Origin: Candidatus Nomurabacteria bacterium
GTDB lineage: Bacteria; Patescibacteriota; Minisyncoccia; Phycocordibacterales; UBA9973
NCBI GenBank assembly: GCA_029288805.1
Contig: JARIGO010000024.1
Span: forward strand, 1-48,300
DNA: 48,300 nucleotides
Reading direction: 5' to 3'
Part shown: one piece after another, positions 39,057 to 48,272 of the stretch
How the letters are laid out: every line of letters starts with the position of its first letter
Position numbering within the stretch: position 1 is the stretch's first letter
Notes under the pieces: generated by a model
Told to the model about the DNA's origin: nothing
Database searches by the model: none
The model's input: the letters and a program-made list of their open reading frames with translations, nothing else
Program-made: the position numbers and the translations under genes

Positions 39057-39656
39057 ATGAACATACTAAAACAAACAAGTGACGAAATCGTAACGAAAGA
39101 CAATGGGGGAGGATATTTCATAGGCGTAGTATTTCTTCTCATCGGTCTCGGAGGAATATATTTTTATTACCATACGGCACAAAGCTCCATTGGCGCTCTC
39201 ATCGTTCCTGGTATTTTTGCCCTTGTCGCCATTTTTATGATTCTTATGAAAAAGACGATCGTTGTTGATATCAACAAATCTACGGGTAAGATTTCCTTCT
39301 CAAAGAAAAGTCTCCTGAGCAATCAGTCGTCTGAATATGACATTGCCAATGCTCAGTCTGTGGAGCTTCGTGAGGGCAGTTATATGACGACCAATGATAT
39401 CGATCAGCCACAAGGCATCTCTTACGGTAACAACTATAATACTCGTCGTGTCCTAACACATCAGACTGTTCTTGTAATGAAGGATGGAACAGAGTTACCG
39501 CTTGAGTCTATAAAAAATTCCAACTCACAACTTACCGTTATGGGAGTTCAGACTGGTACGTTGATGTCTGGGCGCGGAAAAGTCTTTGTCACCTCAAACA
39601 TGATCGCACAATTTCTCGGCGTTCCGTTTAACGACGTAAACGGGACTGGTTTTTAG
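39057..39656 (+). CDS. Hypothetical membrane protein (2 TM plus beta-rich domain)
   Basis: 199-aa ORF closely spaced with neighbours. Confidence 0.7.
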   Translation: MNILKQTSDEIVTKDNGGGYFIGVVFLLIGLGGIYFYYHTAQSSIGALIVPGIFALVAIFMILMKKTIVVDINKSTGKISFSKKSLLSNQSSEYDIANAQSVELREGSYMTTNDIDQPQGISYGNNYNTRRVLTHQTVLVMKDGTELPLESIKNSNSQLTVMGVQTGTLMSGRGKVFVTSNMIAQFLGVPFNDVNGTGF

Positions 39657-39657
39657 G

Positions 39658-40449
39658 ATGGAACTATTTTACAAATTCGCAAACTCAATCCGGCGCATCT
39701 ACTGGTTTGTTGTCCGACCAAATACGATTGGTGTAAAGTGTCTTGTTGAATGTGATGGAGAATATCTTTTAATACAGACTTCGTACTCCGGAAGGTACTG
39801 GACGCTTCCAGGTGGCGGTGTAAAGAAAAATGAAAAGCCAAGAGAAGCTGCGAAAAGGGAAGTAAAGGAAGAGCTTGGCATTGGAATAGAGACAATACAG
39901 GAGCTTGGTTTTTATGATAGTACTGCCGAATACAAGAAGGACACGATTTATCTTTTTCGCGCAAAGACGGTAAGTAAGGACTTTAAGAAAAATTACGAAG
40001 TGAGGGCGACGCAATGGTTTGCAAAAGACAAATTACCAGACCAGATATCTAGGGCAATTAAAGAAATTATTCCTTCAGTCCGAACGAGGGATTTGTATAT
40101 GAGACTAGAAGACGCTCCTGTTCAGGAAAAACCCGAAATATTTTTGGAATATTGTAATGAGTGCATTAGTCAAAAAAGTGAAGGGATATTACGAGCCGAA
40201 GGTGTCGCATATAAGATAACGGGATGTATTTTTATAAAGGAGTTAAATGACATTCCTGAAATAGGAACAGTCATTGACTTTGCGAGTGAGATGGAGATTC
40301 CGAGGGAGGCCCATGGAGGGTCAGGCCTAGGAGTCAGCGAGAAATGGACTCAAGAAGGTGCTGCGGTGTACAAGGAGAAGCAGTATCAGGAACTGCTGGT
40401 GTTAATAGAAAAAGTCAGGGGGAAGTACTTAGGATCAGTAGAGAAATAA
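39658..40449 (+). CDS. NUDIX hydrolase with unrelated C-terminal extension (possible two-gene fusion)
   Basis: LPGGGVKKNEKPREAAKREVKEELG; in-frame internal ATG at 40099. Confidence 0.75.
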   Translation: MELFYKFANSIRRIYWFVVRPNTIGVKCLVECDGEYLLIQTSYSGRYWTLPGGGVKKNEKPREAAKREVKEELGIGIETIQELGFYDSTAEYKKDTIYLFRAKTVSKDFKKNYEVRATQWFAKDKLPDQISRAIKEIIPSVRTRDLYMRLEDAPVQEKPEIFLEYCNECISQKSEGILRAEGVAYKITGCIFIKELNDIPEIGTVIDFASEMEIPREAHGGSGLGVSEKWTQEGAAVYKEKQYQELLVLIEKVRGKYLGSVEK

Positions 40450-40472
40450 AAAAAGCCCCGTAACGGGGCTTT
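40449..40472. terminator. Bidirectional terminator
   Basis: AAAGCCCCG-TAA-CGGGGCTTT between convergent genes. Confidence 0.7.
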
Positions 40473-40500
40473 GGCGCTTATGAGTTTACTCATACGCGTT

Positions 40501-42837
40501 TTAGTTTTTAACTGTAAGGAACTCATTCCATCCAGGAAAGTTTTTATAAAACTGATTTGGGTGCACTGGAAACTTTTTGTCTTCACGGAACCTTTTTTTA
40601 TAATCACCACTAGTCCTAATGCCTAGTGCTAAGGCAGCTTTTGACGCTTCCTCCCAAGTTTTATAGAAAACTTTCTTTTCTCTACCGAGAAACTTATCCC
40701 AACCCGGAAAATCTTTATAGGTTTTCTGAGGGGTCGATGATAGCCTCGGATCTTTCCTAAAACTTCTTTTAAATTCCTCCCTGCTAACATTTATCCCTAA
40801 TGCCCGTGCGGCACTGCTGGCCTCTTGCCATGTAGGATAGAAGTCTTCATCTTTTAAGCCAAAGAATATTCTGGCTCCCGGATAATCTTCATAGTAAGCA
40901 CCAGGATTGACAGGTAAGCGTGGGTCAATAGATTTAGCAACTTTTTCAAGTTCTATACCCATAGTAATCCCATTTTTTATTACAACAGCAGACGCCTCTT
41001 GCCATGTTGGATAAATATCTACTCCGAAAAACTTGTCCCATCCGAGCCAATCGGAATAAAACGAATCAGGATTTGAAGGAAGACGGTTATCCTCCTTGTA
41101 CCTTTGTGTGTACTCACGACCGGTTTTTATACTCAGTCTTTTAGCTGCTTCCATTGCGTCCTGCAGGGTAGGATAGAAGTCCTCTTCGCGGATTCCAAGA
41201 AATTTCCAGAAGCCCGGAAAATCTTTGTAATAGGAATGCGGTGTTGCAGGTAGACGGGGATCAAGTTTCCTTTTTTCTGCATACTGCACAGCAGTCTTCG
41301 GGCCCAAAGCTTTTGCCGCCTCAGATGCCTCTTGCCAGGTTTTATAGAAGTTTTTTTCTGCATATCCGAAGAAAATTGGACTGCCAGGAAAATCTTCATA
41401 ATACCTTGCAGGGTAACTTACAAGTTTAGGATCCTCCTTAAATCTTTCTCTGTACATTGTGTCACCAGTTATGCCAAGTTTTTTTACAGTCTCAGCAGCC
41501 TCTTGCCATGTTGCATAGTATCCAGATCTAATGATTTTAATCGCCTCAATAAGCGGTACGATTTTTTCCTTAAACTCTACAGTTTCAATATTTAGCACAA
41601 AGGGGCCAGGTGTATCCCTCTTTTTGCGTGAGGTAAAGTGTGATGCTACGCCTTGTAGGGTATCCACAAATAAACCAGGTTTCGTACTTGCTTCATATTT
41701 TATGCCGAACGACTCGGTCACAGATGGAGCATAAGTGCCGCTCTGTGTCTTTACCTTTGACCAAAGCTCATACACCTGCATGATGCGGTCGCAGTTTGCG
41801 ACAAAATCTAGTACTCTTACAACCTTCTTCCCTTCATATAGCCGGCACCCCCTCATTAGTTGTTGGTAGAACACGGTAAGAGAGTCAGTTGCTCGTAGAA
41901 ATACCACCATGTTTATCTGAGGAACATCAAGTGACTCATTGAACATGTCAACGGAAATCAATATCTTGAATATGCCTTGTCTGAACAGCTCCAATCTTGT
42001 TTTTCGTTCCGCTTTGGGAATTTTACTATGGATTGGGATTGATCCAGGAAGCATTTCCGCAAGAAGTTCTGCGTGATCAGTCGACGAAACATAAATCATG
42101 ACGCAAGGATTTTCAATCTCATCAATGTTTGATTGAATGATCTTTACTATCTCCTCGTCGCGTTTCGGCACAAACACTGTGCGATTGAGGTGGTTAATGC
42201 TTAACCGGCCTCTCTGTGTCTGTAGTTTCTTGAGTGACCCTATTTCGTCAGACATGACTCTGTAGTCGACGGGGCACAGTAGGTTTCTGCATAATGCATC
42301 AACGAACGGCAGCGAATACACTGGCTCCCCATATAGCTCTCGGATATCGCGCCCATCCATACGATCGGATGTAGCAGTGACTGCGAGGATGAAATGGGGC
42401 ATAAAATAGGTGACAACGTTCTCATGCGTCGGGGCCTTTGAATGGTGACTTTCGTCAACAACAATGATATCGAATTCCTCAGGATGAAACATATCGAGGT
42501 TTTCTCTCATTGTCTGAAAGCTAGCAAGAAGGATATTCACTTGGTGAGAAACTTTCTTATCACCAGTGAAATATCCGTAAGTAGCATTCGGCAGAACCTT
42601 GATGTAATCAGTTTCCGCCTGCTCAAGATTTTCAGTCAAATGGCTTAAGAACAAGCAGCGTTTCTCGTGGTAAGTTTCGAACCTATGCCTCACATATAAG
42701 GCACTTGTAATAGTCTTTCCAAGGCCGCCCGCTTTTACCACAAGAGCAGTGTCTTGATGTTTTTCAGCTTTTTTAAGTACATCCAAGCACTCTTGCTGGT
42801 AGGGAAAAGGCACTATGGCCGGGGCAGTAAGTATCAT
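40501..42837 (-). CDS. SF2 (DExH, ResIII-like) helicase with six C-terminal ~55-aa repeats (integrase-repeat-unit-like)
   Basis: YQQEC, AGGLGKT, VVDESHH, VTAT, VDMFNESLDVP, QQLMRGCR; repeats FYxTWQEASxAAxALG...DPRLP..P..YxDFPGWxxFLG. Confidence 0.88.
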   Translation of the reverse strand: MILTAPAIVPFPYQQECLDVLKKAEKHQDTALVVKAGGLGKTITSALYVRHRFETYHEKRCLFLSHLTENLEQAETDYIKVLPNATYGYFTGDKKVSHQVNILLASFQTMRENLDMFHPEEFDIIVVDESHHSKAPTHENVVTYFMPHFILAVTATSDRMDGRDIRELYGEPVYSLPFVDALCRNLLCPVDYRVMSDEIGSLKKLQTQRGRLSINHLNRTVFVPKRDEEIVKIIQSNIDEIENPCVMIYVSSTDHAELLAEMLPGSIPIHSKIPKAERKTRLELFRQGIFKILISVDMFNESLDVPQINMVVFLRATDSLTVFYQQLMRGCRLYEGKKVVRVLDFVANCDRIMQVYELWSKVKTQSGTYAPSVTESFGIKYEASTKPGLFVDTLQGVASHFTSRKKRDTPGPFVLNIETVEFKEKIVPLIEAIKIIRSGYYATWQEAAETVKKLGITGDTMYRERFKEDPKLVSYPARYYEDFPGSPIFFGYAEKNFYKTWQEASEAAKALGPKTAVQYAEKRKLDPRLPATPHSYYKDFPGFWKFLGIREEDFYPTLQDAMEAAKRLSIKTGREYTQRYKEDNRLPSNPDSFYSDWLGWDKFFGVDIYPTWQEASAVVIKNGITMGIELEKVAKSIDPRLPVNPGAYYEDYPGARIFFGLKDEDFYPTWQEASSAARALGINVSREEFKRSFRKDPRLSSTPQKTYKDFPGWDKFLGREKKVFYKTWEEASKAALALGIRTSGDYKKRFREDKKFPVHPNQFYKNFPGWNEFLTVKN
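40504..41520 (-). repeat. Six tandem coding repeats within the helicase
   Basis: Units begin YYATWQEA, FYKTWQEA, FYPTLQDA, IYPTWQEA, FYPTWQEA, FYKTWEEA. Confidence 0.9.
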
Positions 42838-42957
42838 TTGTGACCTCCTTTTAAATTGTTAATTTTCTTTTTTATAATTAAAGCATATTTAACATAAAAG
42901 TCAATTAATGTATTGACTTTTTAAAAAATCATGATAATTTAAAGAAAACTTTAAAAA

Positions 42958-44526
42958 ATGAAGACAGAAAGAAATTTAACAGGGACTACAAGCCCTCTTC
43001 CACCTCAAATGGGTGAGCTGACTAAGCGATCTCGTAAATTACTAAATCATGTTCTTCAAGTAAGGAACATTACAACTGAGCAGATCACCGAATTTATCCC
43101 TCGGGGTACCAAAGGTATATCGCTTACCAACGCCATTGTAGCTATCACACAATTCTTCACCGATCAGGGCATATTCATAACATACACTACTCCTAGTAAG
43201 ATCTTGCTAAGAATCGCTCACTTAAGATCTGTCGCTGTTCCATCGGATCAAAAAACAGTTGAAGCCGAGATTGCCCCTATGAAGATAATCGACAGGCCCA
43301 CTGTGATTAACCAGTTACAAACGCTCAGGTTTCAGTTAGGGGCAACTCCAACTTATTCCGATATTAAAAAATCCTCTGACGAAGGGTTAATAGTGTCGGT
43401 CTCAACGATCTTGAAAATGTTTGGAAGCTATGAGAACTTGTTAATCGATGCGGGTATTAATCCTAATTCATATAAGTATGATAGGGAGAGCTTAGTCGAT
43501 GACTTAAGGTTCATTTATTTGGAACTGAACAGGGTACCGTCCCCTGAGGATATCATTGCATATTCCGAGAAAGGTCTAACCGCGGAGTTTGGGGCTTTTC
43601 AGAAAATGTTTAAAGGAATGGAGGATATTCAGGCAATAATTGACCTATATGTCATGCCTGGGATTGAGGTACCTAACACAAAGGAAAAAGCTCTGGGCAG
43701 ACCTCGAAAGAACCCTCTTTTACTCACCAAGGATCAGGAAAAGATCGTTGCATTAAAAATCGCTACAGGCGATGACAAGGCACGAGAAGATTTTGCAAAA
43801 GCGAACCTTCGCCTCGTGTACTGGGTTGCAAAGAAGTTTTTCGGCGACTTTGTAGACAATTCTGAGTTCGGCATAACCATTGACGACCTGTTTCAGGAAG
43901 GGTATCGGGGACTGCTTAAGGCGATTGATAAGTTTGACCCAACTATGGATTATAAATTCTCAACTTACGCAGTCTGGTGGATAAGGCAGACTATAGAAAG
44001 AAGCTTTAATCACACCAGCGAGACGGTCCGCATCCCTGTCCATATGATCGAAAAAATGAGGAAGTACAATAAGTTTGTTGCCAAATATTTTCGTAGAAAT
44101 GGCGTTCCTCCTTATGACTCTGTAGTGGAGGCGGAACTTGGGCTAAGCAGTGAAGAGTTGCACGAGATATTGAACACTACTCAAATCGTTTCAATTAAAT
44201 TGGAAGGAAGCTCTTCTGCTGAAGAAGACACTCCTGCCCCAATTGATGTTATCGAAAGCGATATGTCAACACCACCCGATGAAGCGGTTGATCTGTCATT
44301 ACTTAAGGAAAAAATCAAACAGATTATTTCAAAAATTGGTTTATCGGAAAGAGACTATGAAATGCTCTCGTTAAGATTCGGTCTTGATGGAAAAGGTGAG
44401 CATACCCTTGAAGAGATCGGTGAAAAATTCAACCTGACTCGGGAAAGGGTACGGCAAATTAACGAAAAAATCCTTCTTAAAATGCGATCCCACTTTTTGT
44501 CTGCAGATCTAAAAATGTTCTTCTAG
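42958..44526 (+). CDS. RpoD-like sigma70 factor with atypical N-terminal half
   Basis: ANLRLV, DLFQEGYRGLLKAIDKFD, KFSTYAVWWIRQ, RIPVHM, TLEEIGEKFNLTRERVRQI. Confidence 0.9.
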   Translation: MKTERNLTGTTSPLPPQMGELTKRSRKLLNHVLQVRNITTEQITEFIPRGTKGISLTNAIVAITQFFTDQGIFITYTTPSKILLRIAHLRSVAVPSDQKTVEAEIAPMKIIDRPTVINQLQTLRFQLGATPTYSDIKKSSDEGLIVSVSTILKMFGSYENLLIDAGINPNSYKYDRESLVDDLRFIYLELNRVPSPEDIIAYSEKGLTAEFGAFQKMFKGMEDIQAIIDLYVMPGIEVPNTKEKALGRPRKNPLLLTKDQEKIVALKIATGDDKAREDFAKANLRLVYWVAKKFFGDFVDNSEFGITIDDLFQEGYRGLLKAIDKFDPTMDYKFSTYAVWWIRQTIERSFNHTSETVRIPVHMIEKMRKYNKFVAKYFRRNGVPPYDSVVEAELGLSSEELHEILNTTQIVSIKLEGSSSAEEDTPAPIDVIESDMSTPPDEAVDLSLLKEKIKQIISKIGLSERDYEMLSLRFGLDGKGEHTLEEIGEKFNLTRERVRQINEKILLKMRSHFLSADLKMFF

Positions 44527-44532
44527 TAATTT

Positions 44533-44558
44533 AGCCCCTGGATATCCAGGGGCTTTTT
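44533..44558 (+). terminator. Terminator after sigma factor
   Basis: AGCCCCTGGA-TA-TCCAGGGGCT followed by T-tract. Confidence 0.75.
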
Positions 44559-44635
44559 ATTTGTTTTGACCAACGTGTTTTGTGGCTTAACTCACGATGC
44601 AGCTATCTTTGGCGGCGAAGTGGTATGATTGATGT

Positions 44636-45079
44636 ATGAACAAACGTCTCATTGCCATCATCATTCTCATCATCTACATTGCAATCCTGATCAATGTCGT
44701 GGTGTTTAAAAACATACCAACCATACATATCGGTCACATGATGTTTAGGTTTGGAGGAAGAGAGACGATTCATCCTGCAAACTTTGTACCGTTTAAAAAT
44801 ATTCTGTCATACCTGCTGGACAAGCACGGAATGATAATTGGATTTATTAATATAGCGGGAAATATTATTCCGTTCATACCGGTTGGCTTACTTATTCCTT
44901 TTGTATACAAAAACGTGACATGGCAGAAAGTGGTTCTCATCGCTCTTGCGCTCACGCTTGTTTTCGAACTGACAGAGGTAGTATTTCATATCGGCATATT
45001 TGATATTGATGACATTATCCTTAATACGTTTGGAGTGCTGATCGGCTATTGGGTATGGAAGTTGTTTGCTACAATCTAG
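44636..45079 (+). CDS. VanZ-like family membrane protein
   Basis: NFVPFK, GNIIPFIPVG, FDIDDIILNTFG. Confidence 0.88.
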   Translation: MNKRLIAIIILIIYIAILINVVVFKNIPTIHIGHMMFRFGGRETIHPANFVPFKNILSYLLDKHGMIIGFINIAGNIIPFIPVGLLIPFVYKNVTWQKVVLIALALTLVFELTEVVFHIGIFDIDDIILNTFGVLIGYWVWKLFATI

Positions 45080-45081
45080 CT

Positions 45082-45543
45082 ATGATCAAAAAAATTACAC
45101 CGTTTCTTATGTACGACCATGACCTGAACGAGGTTATGGATTTTTATGCGTCAGTATTTAGTGATTTCAAGCTTATTCATTCCATGAATGGACCGGAAGG
45201 TAATGGCATGGTTGCCACATTTGAGATCAAGGGACAGCAGGTTTATTGTTACAACGGTGGTCCGCATTTTAAGTTCAGTGATGCGGCATCTCTATTTATA
45301 GATTGCGAGACACAGGAAGACGTCGACTATTTGTGGGAAAAATTGTCAGAAGGTGGTGCAAAGAGTGAGTGCGGCTGGCTGATCGACAAGTTTGGCGTAC
45401 GATGGCAGGTCATCCCAAGTATTCTTATGGAACTCCAAAAGGATCCCAATCCAGCAAAAGCCCATGCTGTCGTACAGGCCATGCTCAAGATGAGTAAGAT
45501 CGTAATCGCGGACTTGGAAGCAGCCTACGCATCAGTTGAATAA
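45082..45543 (+). CDS. VOC / PhnB-like (3-demethylubiquinone-9 3-methyltransferase family) protein
   Basis: KITPFL, NGGPHFKF, CETQEDVDYLWEKL, CGWLIDKFGVRWQ. Confidence 0.9.
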   Translation: MIKKITPFLMYDHDLNEVMDFYASVFSDFKLIHSMNGPEGNGMVATFEIKGQQVYCYNGGPHFKFSDAASLFIDCETQEDVDYLWEKLSEGGAKSECGWLIDKFGVRWQVIPSILMELQKDPNPAKAHAVVQAMLKMSKIVIADLEAAYASVE

Positions 45544-45559
45544 ATAACACATCATCTAT

Positions 45560-46303
45560 ATGAATACGAAAAACATACTTTCAAAAGTTCCGGAAGCCAC
45601 TGTCATTTTTTGGATTACCAAAGTGCTCACAACCGGTATGGGAGAGACGGCGTCAGATTACTTCGTTACGCATTTGGTGCCGGCTGTTGCAGTGGCTCTT
45701 GGTGCCATCGGACTGATCGTGGTACTGCTTCTGCAATTCTCAACCAAGCGATATGTACCGTGGGTGTACTGGCTCACTGTTGTCATGGTCAGTGTCTTTG
45801 GCACAATGGCGGCAGACATATTGCATGTCGGACTTGGCATCCCATATATTGTGTCCACTATTTTCTTTATAGTCGTACTTTCCCTGATATTCATCATTTG
45901 GTACAGCACAGAGAAAACGCTTTCCATTCACAGTATTACTACGCGTCGTCGTGAAGTATTTTACTGGCTGACGATATTGACGACATTTGCACTCGGTACC
46001 GCTACTGGTGACCTTACTGCCACTACGCTGCACCTGGGGTATCTTGCTTCCGGCATATTATTTGCCATAGCAATTGCCATTCCCGCGGTGCTCTATGCGG
46101 TATTTAAGTTAAATGAAATATTCACATTCTGGTTTGCTTATATCCTGACACGGCCACTCGGTGCGTCTTTTTCTGACTGGATGGCGGTGTCTCATGCACG
46201 CGGTGGTCTTGCATGGGGAAGTGGTTCAGTGACATTTGCCCTCACAATCTTGATCGTACTTTTTGTCGGCTACCTGACGCTTAGCGATTCTCCATCTTCT
46301 TAA
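45560..46303 (+). CDS. DUF347/COG4705 repeat membrane protein
   Basis: KVPEATVIFWITK, GETASD, GTMAAD, GTATGD, YILTRPLGAS. Confidence 0.88.
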   Translation: MNTKNILSKVPEATVIFWITKVLTTGMGETASDYFVTHLVPAVAVALGAIGLIVVLLLQFSTKRYVPWVYWLTVVMVSVFGTMAADILHVGLGIPYIVSTIFFIVVLSLIFIIWYSTEKTLSIHSITTRRREVFYWLTILTTFALGTATGDLTATTLHLGYLASGILFAIAIAIPAVLYAVFKLNEIFTFWFAYILTRPLGASFSDWMAVSHARGGLAWGSGSVTFALTILIVLFVGYLTLSDSPSS

Positions 46304-46763
46304 GGATTCTCCCAACGGTTTTCCAGGTGCGAGTGGTAATGGCTTTGCCATGTTTCTTTTCAAGCCCTGACATGTAGCTTGTCGTAACCAAACCTTTGTC
46401 ATCAATGGTAAGGGTAGTGCACAGGTCTTTTTGTCTGTCTTTGAAAAATGTTACGACGAGATAGTTTGGCTTTTCATCTTTAATATTTTTAAATGGATTT
46501 TTCTTTACCAGCTTTTCGATTTCTTCACGGCTGCGAATGATAGTACTGCTGTTAAATCCAAGCTGAAGGGGAAGTTCCTTTTCTATTTTTGTCTCAAGCG
46601 CTGCGACATTGGTAGAAGGCGAATCAAACACCACATTGCCGCTGGCAATAACGGTTGCGACATTCTTGAAACCGAGTGATTCAAAAACAGCCTTGAGCTT
46701 CTCGCTCTTCATATTGGGGTTGGTGGGCATGATGCCTCGTAGGAGGGCGACGTAGGTGGTCAT
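46281..46763 (-). CDS. DUF1697 family protein
   Basis: MTTYVALLRGI, VATVIASGNVVF, TTRTWKT; start at ATG 46763. Confidence 0.88.
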   Translation of the reverse strand: MTTYVALLRGIMPTNPNMKSEKLKAVFESLGFKNVATVIASGNVVFDSPSTNVAALETKIEKELPLQLGFNSSTIIRSREEIEKLVKKNPFKNIKDEKPNYLVVTFFKDRQKDLCTTLTIDDKGLVTTSYMSGLEKKHGKAITTRTWKTVGRILKKMENR

Positions 46764-46815
46764 AGGGTAATGATACTGTAAAAGCCCCATCCATGAAATG
46801 GACGGGGCTTTTATG

Positions 46816-46950
46816 TTATTTTCTACTAGTTCGCTTTTTGCCTGTACTTTTTGCCGCAAGCATTTCCTTCTTGATTTCAAGGCGCTTTTTGGTCTTGTGG
46901 GACTTATTTGACTTTGGGTGAATTCCCAGTGTTTTATCTCGTTTTGCCAT
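46816..46950 (-). CDS. Small very basic protein, 44 aa (absent from ORF track)
   Basis: MAKRDKTLGIHPKSNKSHKTKKRLEIKKEMLAAKSTGKKRTSRK; TATAAT upstream and terminator at about 46780-46812 downstream. Confidence 0.65.
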   Translation of the reverse strand: MAKRDKTLGIHPKSNKSHKTKKRLEIKKEMLAAKSTGKKRTSRK

Positions 46951-47047
46951 ATGCGGACCATTATACACGAAATAAATCTAAAAGATATAGCGTAGTAATA
47001 TACAAATACCGTTCCTTTATTTATATTATCAGAATAGAAATATCATT

Positions 47048-47620
47048 ATGAAACTACTTTCAAGTATTATATTCTCATTGGTATTGCTGGTTGGCGTAGG
47101 ATTTGTTGCAACTGCCGCTCATGCTCAGACCGCCCCTACGACCTGTACCAGCACTTCCAGTGGTGTTACTTGTACCAACAGTAATGGCGTCACTACTACT
47201 AGTACCGCTAATGGCACAACAACGACCGCTCTTCCAGTAGGCTGTACCTCAACATCAGGATTCAGTACCACATCAGGCATGCCATGTAACAGTACTACTA
47301 CCGGAACAACCGGTGCCCTTAGTGTTGGTTCAAATGGATATATCAACGGCTGTACTTCCACCAGTGGAACCAGTACAGTAAGTGGCTATCCTTGTAACAC
47401 ACCTATTAACGGTGTCATTTATGCAGGTAATGGACAGACAGTGGTGGTAGATCCTGCAGCAGCAGGCATTTCAGTACCTACTACTCCTGTTGATACATCA
47501 TCACCAGGTCTTCCAACTACCGGTGCAGAAAATGTACCAGTAACTCTCGCAGTATTATTGGCTTCAGGTCTTGTTGCATTTTTCGGCGTTCGATACAGTA
47601 TTCGCCATGCGCGACAGTAA
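47048..47620 (+). CDS. Secreted Thr-rich surface protein with LPTTG sorting signal
   Basis: Signal peptide (AHA|Q), two GCTSTSG.ST.SG.PC repeats, LPTTG + TM + basic tail. Confidence 0.82.
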   Translation: MKLLSSIIFSLVLLVGVGFVATAAHAQTAPTTCTSTSSGVTCTNSNGVTTTSTANGTTTTALPVGCTSTSGFSTTSGMPCNSTTTGTTGALSVGSNGYINGCTSTSGTSTVSGYPCNTPINGVIYAGNGQTVVVDPAAAGISVPTTPVDTSSPGLPTTGAENVPVTLAVLLASGLVAFFGVRYSIRHARQ

Positions 47621-47675
47621 GTTACTATAAGAGATGGATGCAGTCGCCTGTATCCATTTCTTATATTTAGTTACC

Positions 47676-48272
47676 ATGAAAAAAATTAAAAGAACAATTG
47701 TCTTCATCATCACAGTCATCGCTATTGTTGTATTTGCGACGGTGCTTGTTCATGCTATTTTTTATTCCACGCCAACTGATATTACGGTGCCGGATGCCAA
47801 GGATGCCATCACTGTTCCCAAGGGGGATTATCCAGTGACATTGTCTATTCCTGCATTGAAGATCAATGCCAAGGTTCAGCAGGTTGGTGTTACCGGTACA
47901 GGCAAGATGGCAGTACCGACAAACTATACTGATGTTGGGTGGTACAAGTATGGTCCGGAGCCAGGGCAAGCAGGTAGCGTTGTTATTGATGGGCATGTGG
48001 ATGACGGCTTGGCATTGCCGGGAGTGTTTAGCAACCTGTCAGATCTCAAGAAGGGGGATGATATCTACATCACCATGAAAGATGGCGAAGTTATTCATTA
48101 CGCCATGCTCAGCAGCCAGACGTATGACAAGGACGTTGCCGATACCCAAAATATTTTTAAGCAAAATGGTAGTGAGTACCTGAAGCTTATTACCTGTACA
48201 GGAACGTGGCTTCCGGCACTTCGCACGCACAATGAGCGATTGGTAGTGACGGCAGTGCTGCAAAAGAAGTAG
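47676..48272 (+). CDS. Sortase (class F-like)
   Basis: N-terminal TM, VGWYKYGPEPG, DGHVD (His), LITCTG (Cys), ERLVV (Arg). Confidence 0.9.
   Translation: MKKIKRTIVFIITVIAIVVFATVLVHAIFYSTPTDITVPDAKDAITVPKGDYPVTLSIPALKINAKVQQVGVTGTGKMAVPTNYTDVGWYKYGPEPGQAGSVVIDGHVDDGLALPGVFSNLSDLKKGDDIYITMKDGEVIHYAMLSSQTYDKDVADTQNIFKQNGSEYLKLITCTGTWLPALRTHNERLVVTAVLQKK

Noticed and set aside
40504-41520. CRISPR-like DNA repeats (GCCTCTTGCCA recurring)
   Set aside because: They are in-frame protein repeats with a ~165-175-nt period and degenerate codons; no cas genes or repeat-spacer array in the window
46764-46961. N-terminal extension of the DUF1697 ORF given in the track
   Set aside because: It spans a terminator and a separate small gene; the family motif begins at MTTYVALLRG (46763)
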